This document shows positions 52,441 to 64,000 of a DNA stretch of 64,000 nt, piece after piece; within the stretch, counting starts at the first letter, position 1, and every line of letters begins with the position of its first letter. The notes beneath the pieces are model-generated. The model searched no databases and had not been told where the DNA came from. It worked only from the letters and a program-made list of their open reading frames with translations. Location: positions 43,958,001-44,022,000 of the forward strand of contig OZ024740.1 of the NCBI GenBank assembly GCA_964016885.1, given 5' to 3'. Origin of the DNA: Eledone cirrhosa (Eukaryota). The position numbers and the translations under genes were made by a program.

Positions 52441-53240
52441 ATTATCAATGTTTGCACATATAATTCACCTGCTATTCTACTGAACAATAATATAGATACA
52501 TATAAATTGATGTTGTGAGCAACAGTTTCGTATTTACAGGGTGGAATGGATGCGACATATATTTTACGAGAATTGTAAATAATTGTACAAGCATTCAAGT
52601 TCAAATTAAAATTAAAATCAAAATTAAATTAAAATCAAAATCAAAATCAAAATCAAAAGTACGGAGTGGAATACATGCAACAGTTAAAACAAGGGAACAG
52701 TCCAAATATTAAAGAGGCATTGAGGAAGCAGTTTTGAGAAAGGAAGAGTGCGATAACAAGTCATATGCAGGCGTGTGGATATTGTCACAATATCCACACT
52801 CCATATATATATGTAGAAATAAACCCAGTAAATTGTGTGCCTAAATTTAACCAGAAGCAAACGGAAGATATAGAATAGATATACAGACCGTCTCAATAAC
52901 TATTTCATTTCTCGGACAGATTAGAGATTTCATCTGTTTCGCCCTGAAAATTGTGTTTGTAACAGATAATCCGTAGGCTTTCCCCGGCGAGAGATAAGAT
53001 CAAATGCAACAAACACATACAACTAAAAGGCACACGAGTGAATATTTCACCTCGTGCACTGGACGTCAGAAGTGGTGTGAGTGGATATGATAAAAACAAT
53101 AGCCTTAATACATCCAACTTATAAGCTCACCTAGTTAGGGAGCCGAAATACAAATAAAATTCAGAGTTCCTAACTCATATGGATACCCTGCAATTAACAA
53201 GCTCAAAGTATAAATACTGAGCATTATGAATTTCATTTGT

Positions 53241-53420
53241 GGATTGGCAGTATCGGTAGAGGGTCGGACGGTATGCTTTGACGCATAGAGTTACGGATCT
53301 TTCCATTCTGAGTTCAAATCCCGCCGAGATCAACTTTGCCTTTCATCCTTACGGGGTCGATAAAATAAAGTACCAGTAATGTACTGGATAATTGCTGGCC
53401 TTGTGCCAAAAGTAGAAACA
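53241..53420 (+). mobile_element. SINE family S with TSD
   Basis: TSD ATTATGAATTT(C/T)ATTTGT at 53223-53240 and 53421-53438. Confidence 0.88.
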
Positions 53421-53435
53421 ATTATGAATTTTATT

Positions 53436-53480
<45 letters not shown>

Positions 53481-54001
53481 TTTTTCTCTAAATAACAAAA
53501 CACACACACACACACACACACACAACACAACAACAACATCAACTGCCACCACCACCACCACCGCCACCGCCGCCGCCATCACCATCACCAGCGACCTGGC
53601 CTTAAGAACAACTTTAATAATAATTTTTCTGCTTTTGGCACGGATCCAGCGACTGGCCCAGCGCATCACTGGTACTCTCTTTTGTTGACTCCGTGGAGAG
53701 CCATAACTCTATGCTGTAAAGCAATTATAGTAATACTGGACTGTAATACGATCGGCTTCAACTATACAAACTCTTGAAAGTCAACAGTTGACATAATCTT
53801 GTAATCTTGTATCAGTAATGACGGTAATATATATATATATATATATGTGTATGTGTGCGTGTAAGTGAGTAGAGTAGCGCGTGTGTGTGTTTGTTGTATG
53901 TATGAGTGTTGCTGTGTGCGCGCATATGTATGCGTGTGTGTGTGTATGTCGTACGTATAAGTGTCAATAAGTGATTTCTTTTTTTTTTTTTTTTTTTTTT
54001 T

Positions 54002-54328
54002 GCGTGGGGACATAGAAATAATCGGGCTGGATGCCCGATCGCGCAGTTAAACCACTGGGAGTGAAGAACCCCTAGCCCTTGTCAGGGTATTCTTCTAGGA
54101 GAAGGCATCTCAGGAAACTGGGTTAACTCTGATATAAAACCTGCGGCTCAGTGGTTACCGATGAGGTTGATCTTTTCTTCTTTTCGGGTTATAGCTACTG
54201 TCGCTCAGAGAGTGGGATTGGCTCAGTGCACAGTCTTTCCTCACTTTAAAAATATTCGTCACGCACAGGCATTGCACGAGTGCATTAATAAATGGCCATA
54301 CTCGATAACGAGGGGGCAGCCATCATCA
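54002..54328 (+). mobile_element. Second family of bipartite RTE-derived short element
   Basis: Shares AAAACCTGCGGCT...GCTCAGAGAGTGGGATTGG...CACTT(T)AAAAA with the RTE 5' UTR and ends GCAGCCATCAT. Confidence 0.7.
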
Positions 54329-54493
54329 TATATATATATATAAAACGAATGCAGTTCATAGTCCGAAAGATTATAATCACATTTACAACAGCACCTTTAG
54401 CCATGTGATAATATTCTTATCACATAATAAACGATCCAATATTACGCTATGTTCATATGATCTAAATCATTGTTTATGCAACGTGAGCAAAAG

Positions 54494-54897
54494 TGGTGGA
54501 TTGGCAGACTAGGTAGAGCATCGGACGAAATGTTTTGCTTCATTTTTTTTTTCTGGTCTATCACGTTCTAATTTGAAATCCCGCTGAAGTCATCGTTGCT
54601 TTTCATCCTTACCGGGTCGAAAAAATAAAGCACCAGTAATGCACTGGGATAATTGCTGGCCTTGTGCCAAAAGTTGAAACAATTATTATATATTAGATAT
54701 ATCGCTAGAGCCTCGGACAACATGCTTTCCATCATATAGCTACAGTCCTTTACAATCAAATCCCCCGAGATTAGCTAAGTATTTCCTCCTTACGTGGTCG
54801 ATAGAATAAAGTACCAGTAAAGCATTAGGTTGGATTAAATCGACTTTTCCCTTCCCTTCAATTTGCTGGCCTTGTGCGAAAGTAGAAACAATTATTA
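54494..54897 (+). mobile_element. Two tandem older SINE family S copies
   Basis: Central domain and GGCCTTGTGC...AGAAACAATTATT tail occur twice. Confidence 0.75.
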
Positions 54898-55219
54898 TGT
54901 TGAAACAGTAGGATATAATGCTGGCAAGATGGAGTATTAGATATTCTGCACTTTAATGTAAACGTTAGACGTTTCACGTTGAATTACAACGTTCCAGCAG
55001 AAAGGCGATAAGGTATGACAATTGGTTGGTGCATTTTGAATATCACTGATAAAGAAGAAATAATCTGATCATCTCATATGTTACACTAGGTTGTAATGTT
55101 ATATATAGCGTAATCAAATCTTATATTATTTGGCAGAGAATCTGAGAAGGTTTTGCAAAGTGCAGAAAGATTAAGTCATACAAAAGTTACGCGCGCGCGC
55201 AGACACACGCACACACTCT

Positions 55220-55251
<32 letters not shown>

Positions 55252-55289
55252 CGCACACACTCTCACACACACACACACGCACACACTCT

Positions 55290-55435
<146 letters not shown>

Positions 55436-55717
55436 AAAATTCAACACCACAAATACTCAGATACAAAAACGCAGAATCTTATTAGTATCACGCTTGAGAA
55501 TTAAGATTAAGAAATAAATGGATTTTTCAATGCATAGATCGATAGAGAGGCTAAAAATGACAGTCATTGCTTCCATCTGATTTCCGTGATGGAATGGTTA
55601 TACCGCTAATACATGGACTATTCATAGATATTTTCTTCCTTCTGAAAATCCGAGAATACAATAATCTTTTGAACTGTAATGTGTACTCGCAGAATACAAT
55701 AACCCCCCCCCCCCACT

Positions 55718-56265
55718 AAGTATATCCCCACACTCGATATACCACCACCCTTGTTAATATGAGCCCACCCTTAATATGGCTCTCGATGTAACTCCAAACT
55801 TGATATACCACCACCCTTGATAATATGAGCCCACCCTTCATATAGCTCTACCCTCGATATATCCCACACTCGATATACCTCCACCCTTGATATTATGAGC
55901 CCACCCTTCATATGGCTCTCGATGTAAGATGTAACCCCACACTCGATATACCTCCACCCGTGATATTATGAGCCCAACCTTCATATGGCTCTCGATGTAA
56001 ACCCACACTCGATATACCTCCACCCTTGATAATATGAGCCCACTCTTCATATGGTCTACCATTGAATTAATCCCACACTCGATATAACTCCACCCTCGGT
56101 AGAGCTCTACCTTCGATATAACTTCCCCTCACTATAAACCCATGCTCAATATAACCTGCTATAATATAACCACACCTTTGATATGACCCTACTCTCGATA
56201 AGACCTCTCTCTTGATATAATCCCACACTCGATTTATTCCCACCCGCGTTGATATAACCATACTC
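55718..56265. repeat. Hierarchical minisatellite (19-22-bp CCCACACTCGATATA subunits in a higher-order unit of about 62-70 bp)
   Basis: Direct inspection. Confidence 0.85.
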
Positions 56266-57156
56266 CATTAATCGATAATTTGGTTTGATTTAGAAACATA
56301 ACCAACTTTCCCATTATTAAGCTTGTGTTTGGAACGTAACAAAACATAGGAGTTTACTAAACATTATGATGGATGTTTCTTAGATAAATATATTTTAACA
56401 GAAAGTTTTATATCATAGAACCAGTCACTGTTTCAAACGGTTTGGTACCAGAAGGGGTAATTCATGAGTCACACTTATTTATTGAACATCTGTTGATTGA
56501 ACATCTGAATGGCTCATGCTCGTTGATAACGACGGAGGATCAATCATCATTAATATACTGCTACACTTAACCTTTAACTTGACAGTAGACAACCGACTGA
56601 ACTTTATCCTGATTCTAATTGATTCTAAAAAACTTGATATAAAGTTACACCGAGCTTGATTTTTCTTTCAACTCGAGGAGAGGCAGAAATAAAGTTTTCT
56701 TGTTAATATATTGTTATAGAAAAAATATTTATATTATTGCCTCATTGCTTTGGCAATGAACAATATATTTTTAAAATAGACATTATTTTTCTCTGATTGA
56801 CATTTACGATTGATCTTCTTTTAGTGCGCAATAGGAAAAAAAACCCCGCATATTTCTGTCTATTACAGAAGGACGTAGCATGAATATAGTTAATAGTGAA
56901 CTTAAACGTAATCGATAAGATTACTTTTTAAAACATTTGATACTTGTTGCACATACTACTACAACAACAACAACAACAGAAACAGTAATAACAACAACAA
57001 GAGCAGCAACAGAAAGAACAACAACAAAATCAGCAATAAACCAAGCCAAACACAAAAACGATGCGGTACTATGCGGATTAATATAAACATATATATTGGG
57101 ATGAAAAGTAATATGAAGTCATGTTAGTGGCGTTACTTACATACATACATACATAC

Positions 57157-57500
57157 ATGATGGCTGCCCCCTCGTTATCAAGTATGGCCATTGCACGATA
57201 TAACATTATCAATAATTATCAATGAAGCTATCGTGCAGTGCCTGTGCGTGAAGATTTTTTTAAAGTGAGAAAAGACTGTGCACTGAACCAATCCCACTCT
57301 CTGAGCGACAGTAGCTATATCCCGAAAAGAAGAAAAGATCAACATCATCGGTAACTACTGAGCCGCAGGTTTTATGTGGGGGTTATCCCAGTTTCCTAAG
57401 TTGCCTAGAAGACTGCACTGACAAAGGCTAGGGGTCCTTCACTCCCAGTGATTTAATCGCATGATCAGGTATCAAGCCCGATTATTTCTATGTCCCGGCG
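57157..57500 (-). mobile_element. Copy of the 54002-54328 RTE-derived short element
   Basis: Reverse complement homology over the whole length. Confidence 0.75.
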
Positions 57501-58347
57501 CATATGCACACATGTATATATATATATACATATATATACACATATACATACATATGTACATATGCATATACATATTTATACATTTTTGTATGGCATACAT
57601 ACATACAAACATATATACATACATACAAACATAGGTGCGTGTGTGTGTGTATACGTATGTTTATGATGTATATTTCTAGACCTCCGTCCTTTCCAGCAAT
57701 GAGTGCTCCAGTTGATTCAATCAACGGGATTGCTTGCTCAGGAAATTATCCTGTATGTCGCTGAACATTCCACAAAAAAGTGCACCCATAACATAGTTCC
57801 TAGGGAGATACAGTGTGATAAAACTTTTGGCAAGTTTGATCCCTTGAATTATACTCACAACACAAATTTGCCAGCTGAGTACACGAGAATAATGTCCAGT
57901 AAAATATCTTGCTCAAGAACTGATAATTGAACTGATAATTGAACTCTAGACTTCAAGTTAAGCCAAACAGGTTAAGCTCTAAGCAACGTGCCTTTACATA
58001 ACGTGATATATATACGTACATACATACATATATATATATGTATATATTTAAATATAAATTAGCGAGAATTGCATTTCGGCCATTGGAAATTAGCGAAAAA
58101 CAACTTCCGAGATGTGTGGCAAGCGTTCTATAGAAATGAGTGAAACAGAGCAACAACGTACGTTAAAGGGCCAAACACACTGAGACGATGGTTAAACCAT
58201 TATCCGCAAAGTCATAGAAATGACCAAGCTATTCAGGTCAAGCAAATAAAATATTATTGAAAATTATACCCGGACCCCCTAGAAACGGTGGTAAAATCCA
58301 ATATGGGGTTTCTGCAACTCCTAAATTAGGTACTGTCTGCTTCAACA

Positions 58348-58489
58348 AATAATTGTTTCTACTTTTGTCACAAGGCCAGCAATTACCCAGTGCATTACTG
58401 GTACTTTATTTTATCGACCCCGTAAGGATGAAAGGCAAAGTTAACCTCGGCAGGATTTGAACACAGAATGGCAAGGGCCGTAACTCTAT
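58348..58489 (-). mobile_element. SINE family S, 5'-truncated
   Basis: Matches the family consensus. Confidence 0.85.
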
Positions 58490-58584
58490 TGGTATGATGA
58501 TCGAACAAGGAAGTAACTTTTTCAACAGGCATTTAGTTCTATGCAAAGTTAAGGAACTGACCGTTATCTGAACCCACGTATATT

Positions 58585-58718
<134 letters not shown>

Positions 58719-58891
58719 ATAAAAAGAAAAAAATTCGCTCTACATGGCTGAATACAATAAATGTAATCTGAGTTTTTCGAATATTAATAATAACATTCGA
58801 TTGGTTTGTAATTATGCAAACAACCCTCATTTTTAAAGCCATGTCAGTAGAATGAAACCTTCATTCTTACTCTTGTGTTGGCATGTAAACA

Positions 58892-58941
58892 GAGCTGTAG
58901 ACACTAATGTTTCTGGGTATCACCCTTCATCAGTACAGCTC
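58892..58941 (-). ncRNA. Type I hammerhead ribozyme in an inverted module directly upstream of a PLE ORF
   Basis: gagctgta-CTGATGA-a gggt gat accc a-GAAA-ca ttag tg-TC-tacagctc. Confidence 0.85.
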
Positions 58942-58974
58942 ACTGTTCACCTACCAACTGCCAGAGCTAGTGAA

Positions 58975-60993
58975 AATATATGGTCCTGGAACAGTTGAAT
59001 AACCAGGATCTTTACAGAAAAATCAGCAAAAGCGAAGAAAGAAAATCGATGATTAAAGTAGGCAAACTCAAAGTACAACCTCACGCTAAAGGAAATCAAT
59101 TACTTAACCAACTTCGAAATGAAAACCAGCAATTTCTATGGTTTACCGAAGGTTCACAAATCCAGAGAAATCCAAAACAACATAAAAGGCAAAAATACAT
59201 CATATGTTGAAATACCAAAACCGATAGATTTAATATTACGCCCAATTGTTGCTGGTCAAGCCTCAAGCACACAATAATTAAGCAACCTATTAGACATCAT
59301 ACTGAAACCCTTATGTAAAAAAAGTGCCAAGCTTCATCAGAGATGATATGGAATGCCTGAACTATATCCCCCAGAACATACATCAAGAAACAATTTTAGT
59401 CAGCTTTGACGTAACAAGCTTATACTCGTATACTAACATCCCACACGACTTAGGAGTTGAACCTGTTGACCTCTGGATTACAAAACACCCAGACTACTTT
59501 TCAGAGAGATTCCCCCAAAAAATTATTTTGGAAGGACTCAAACTTTTACTGGAGAACAACCACTTCCTTTTTGATAACGAACTATATTTACAAATAAAAG
59601 GAACAGCCATGGGCACCAAAGTGGCCCCAACATATGCAACACTCGTTATGGGCCACCTAGAGGCAAAATTACATTCCAAACTGCAAGAAACATTCAGTCA
59701 TGACTTCGCCACCTACATTAATCACAACTGGAAACGCTACCTAGACGACTGCTTCATTTTCTGGAATAGAAGCCAAGAAGACCTGCAAAGATTCCATTCC
59801 ATCATAAACAATCTTCACGAAGAAATAAAATTCACCATGGAATGTAATAAAAATGAACTACCATTTTTTGATACCCTTACCATTAAGGAAGGGGAAAATA
59901 TCAAAACGGACTTATTTTATAAACCAACAGACACACACCAATACTTGAATTTCCGATCAGCATACCCCTCACGTACCAAAAGGAACATTTCTTTTAACAT
60001 GGCAAGAAGCATCTACACCATAGTAACACACCCCACACTACAGGAAAAAAAGATTATATGAATTAAAACGGTTCCTTAAAAGACAAGAATATCCGGTGAA
60101 CCTCATCAGCACAACCATCTCCAAAGCCCAGAACATTCCAGTGACAACACTGAGAAAAACAAAGCAACAAAATAGAATGGAAAAAACAGTTATCCCTTTT
60201 GTCATCTCTCACAATCCAAGGAACTTCAACATTGTGAAAGCCGCTAAACAATATCTCCCGATTCTCCAGCAGTCCCCTAAAATGAATGCACTCATAAAAG
60301 ACGCACAAATTATATATAGTAAACGCCAAACACCTAACCTAAAGAAACTGCTTACCAAGGCAAAATGTACATCTAATAATTGTTTCTACTTTTGGCACAA
60401 GGCCAGCAATTACCCAGTACATTACTGGTACTTTATTTTATCGACCCCATAAGGATGAAAGGCAAAGTTAACCTCGACGAGATTTGAACTCAGATCGTAA
60501 AGGGACGTAACTCTTTTCTGCAAAGCATGGCGTCCGACCCTCTACCGATACTGCCAATCCACCGTCTAATTTACATCTAATAATGAAGCAATGAAAGTTA
60601 AGAAATGCGGGGACCCTCGATGCGGAACTTGCGAACACATTGAAGAGGGTGGACAAATCTCCTTTCAAAACAACCAGTCTTTCACAGTTAATGCAAACAT
60701 GAATTGCAAAACCAAAAACTTGATTTACTGTGCAACCTGCCCACAATGTAAAGAATACTACATTGGTGAAACCGGAACGGGCCTATTTGACAGAGTTCGA
60801 GTACATAAACAACAAATTAGAGACCCCTCTGTCAGAAACACCACATGCAGTGAACATTTCGCAACATGCGGAAAGGTAAAAATTAACAATTTTCACCTTC
60901 TTTAAGATATGGTCGGACAACGAACATTTCCGAAAATATAAAGAAGAATTCTTTATTAGAAAATATAAACCACTACTGAACACAAAAAAGTGA
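58975..60993 (+). pseudogene. Penelope/Neptune-type PLE RT + GIY-YIG endonuclease, 5'-truncated, interrupted by a SINE
   Basis: FYGLPKVHK, LRPIVAG, SFDVTSLY..NIP, KGTAMG..APTYA, RYLDD, YKPTD, CGDPRCGTC, NLIYCATCPQC..YYIGETG. Confidence 0.9.
60381..60571 (-). mobile_element. SINE family S inserted in the PLE ORF
   Basis: 13-bp TSD TACATCTAATAAT at 60368-60380 and 60572-60584. Confidence 0.92.
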
Positions 60994-62226
60994 TATTCCA
61001 TCTTCAAGTAACGGGATTCTCCCCCTCTCTCTTTCCTTTTAAAAAAATCTCATATTGAAAAAGAAAAATAGTTGAAAACATTTCATCAATTCCCCCTTCC
61101 CCACACCAATGTATATATGTGAACTTAAACACTTGAGTAGATGTATGTACATATATATGTGTATAGATATGTTTATATATATATATGTCTGTAGGTGTAC
61201 AAATATGTGTGTACATGTATATATGTATGTGTGCATATGTGTGTGTGTGTGTGTATGTATGTTTATGTGTATACGTATGTATGTACATGTATGTGTGGGT
61301 GTATGCATGTGTATGTATATATATATATATATGTGGGTGTATATATGTGTGTATATATATGCGTATGTATCTGTGTGTATATATGTGTATGTGTATATAT
61401 GTATGTGTGCATATGTATGTGTGTGGTATGTGTATATATATATATGTGTGTGTGTAGATATGTGTGTGTATGTGTGTGTCTATATATGTAATATATATGG
61501 ACTGTAAATATATTTACATATAGGGAAGTGAATATGTGAGCTAGCATGTAACCCCCACACACACACTTCCTCTCCCAAACCAATATCAACAGCATACATT
61601 TCTGACAAATGTTCCAAAACTATCCTTTTTTTCTTCCATTTTTCCGCTTTTCATTGTCATCCCATTCTTATCAAAAGACATGTATCTTACACCTCATTAA
61701 GACTCATCACCACCACCACCCCAGACACGCACCTAAATTCATCTTTGATATAGAAATTTAAGAGAGTTGATTCAGCTATAAGAAACGAATTATATTCATC
61801 AAAGGTCATCTATTGAAATAAAATCAGCAGGAGGGATTTTTACAACGACTTCCTTAAACACCCTTATCTTGATGTCAACCTCACCATTTTCTGTGTGTGT
61901 ATATATGTATGTGAGTGTGTGTATGAACGTGTATGTGTGTGTATGCTTTAATTCCTTTAAATTTTCACCAACACTCATTAACACCCCACCTTAACACCCA
62001 GACACATCCAATTCTCTCATATATATATAGAGTCACACGTCACAACACAACTTGATCTCAGTTTGACAATCGCCACCGACGAATGCGAGAAAGTTCTCCA
62101 AAAAAGTTAAACAGGAATCTTTAAAATTCTTCCCACCGAAGTTAACAAAGAACTTACTAGATCTACCAATAAAATTAAATCAAATTATTTAGCACTACAA
62201 GTGAAGTCATTCTTTACCATTTTTTT

Positions 62227-62292
<66 letters not shown>

Positions 62293-62452
62293 ACCAAAGA
62301 TTAATATGACCAAAGATTAATATGGTTCATTGATTACTTAATGAATATAGTTTTACAATAGATTAAAAGCACTCTACAATAAAGTTTTCTGGAGTTATTA
62401 ATATTATTCAAAATATTAATAAATGAATACGTTCACATAATCAAAATATAAG

Positions 62453-62516
62453 TTTTATTATGTATATTTCGGAGGTACTGTGCTGTTTTTTTTCAGTACG
62501 TCCTCATCAGATAAAA
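62453..62516 (-). ncRNA. Minimal type I hammerhead ribozyme
   Basis: ttttat-CTGATGA-gga cgtactg...cagtac ctcc-GAAA-tataca-TA-ataaaa. Confidence 0.72.
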
Positions 62517-62879
62517 TATATGAATTGATGTATGACATGCCTCAACTGTCTTGATGGTTCAATTCCAGTATTGGCAGTGATTTATTACAACAAATCTCAA
62601 TATTAATATACACAAATAATAACATGATAAACTTAAATATGATGAAGAAGAGGATGTGGAGCGAGATATAGGTATAAGGAGGGGGTGAATATGAGAAAAT
62701 GTATGAAGAAATATATAAACACATGCATACATAAATATTTAAATATTTAAAAGCGTAAATATATGTGTTAGGGAAGACAGGAAGAGAGAGAGATAGATAG
62801 AAGAGAAAAAAGAAGAGAAGATAGAAGAAGGAGAGAGAGAGAGAAGAGGGATGACGTAACTTCAAAAAGGAAAGAATGA

Positions 62880-62915
<36 letters not shown>

Positions 62916-63250
62916 AGAAAGGGACATGATGCTTGACCGCTGTTTTCAAATATTAAGTCAAATAGAAGCGACCAATTAAATTCCGTCAAATTTTTAATAT
63001 CTTTTGTATTTGGTTATGTTTGAACTAATTATACTAATATATTATATCAAAATTAAACAATATAAAAATATTTTCTATAATAATCAGAAGCATAGTTCAA
63101 TTAATAAATATATTAAATATTTTGTTATAAAATTCAAAAATCAAAAACATTTTTACCTATCAAGCAAGTTTACAAACATATTAAATATGTATAAGGATAT
63201 TTACCACAACATATTCGCATATCACCATCAGTATATGCATTTTATATAAT

Positions 63251-63435
63251 TGTTTCTACTTTAGGCACAAGGCCAGCAATTACCCAGTGCATTACTGGTA
63301 CTTTATTTTATCGACCCCGTAAGGATGAAAGGCAAAGTCAACCTCGGCGGGATTTGAACTCAGATCGTAAAGGGACGTAACTATGCTGGAAAGCATTGCG
63401 TCGGACCTTCTACCGATACTGCCAATCCACCGCCG
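63251..63435 (-). mobile_element. SINE family S with TSD
   Basis: TSD TTTTATATAAT at 63240-63250 and 63436-63446. Confidence 0.9.
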
Positions 63436-64000
63436 TTTTATATAATGTTTAGAATTATTATCTGAATTATTCATTTTACATTATAAACAGTTGTCATTTA
63501 CTTATAGGATTAATAAGTAGTTATATTTACTCTTGAAAGTATTAATATTTCGATTTTAATTTCGTAACTATATCATAATATCATAATATATGTAGTTTCC
63601 CTATAAGGATTAATATCATGTTAAATATACATTATTAATCCATTTGGATAGAAAGAAAATAATATATTCAGAATGCAAACAAAGGGAGGTAATCCATATG
63701 TGGTCATTTATATTATCTAAGTGCTTTGAAAGCCAGAAGATATTTTAAACCGCAAATTTAGAAAATTCTTGTTATACAATGACCATTCAAAAAACCGAAC
63801 TTAGGATAGTGAGTCACATCATGAGATTATTTACTATATAAAAAAAAACCGATATACAATTTTTATAAAATTGTGTATCGGTTTATACAGTATACTTAAT
63901 TAAAAGCATTCTGATTATTACTGGAATTCTATAAGAATCCAACACACATAATTTTCAGCAAACAGGAAGAGTACTGAGCTTTGATAAGTACCAAAAAGTA

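Noticed and set aside
61799-61890. Short open frame ENGEVDIKIRVFKEVVVKIPPADFISIDDL as a possible host exon
   Set aside because: No recognisable domain or convincing splice context; it lies among PLE-flanking repeats.

Overview
AT-rich, microsatellite-saturated animal genomic DNA. The SINE families and repeat mix suggest an octopus/cephalopod; this is an inference. I see no host protein-coding gene. The window is a graveyard of transposable elements: Helitrons, including a head-to-tail array at 1-2488 and a PIF1-encoding copy at 29884-33398; a CR1-like LINE split by a Tx1/L1-clade LINE with a 19-bp TSD; a near full-length RTE with bipartite non-autonomous derivatives; R4/Dong fragments; several Penelope-like elements (PLEs); and about 14 copies of one tRNA-derived SINE. 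The most striking signals are three. First, about 14 type I hammerhead ribozyme folds of about 10 unrelated sequence families, including a U3:A8 core covariant and a U4A variant, mostly in short ORF-less modules within (TA)n tracts. Second, about 15 fold-back inverted duplications with diverged arms. Third, hexamer reiterations at some PLE junctions. All ribozyme calls are manual folds, not computed.
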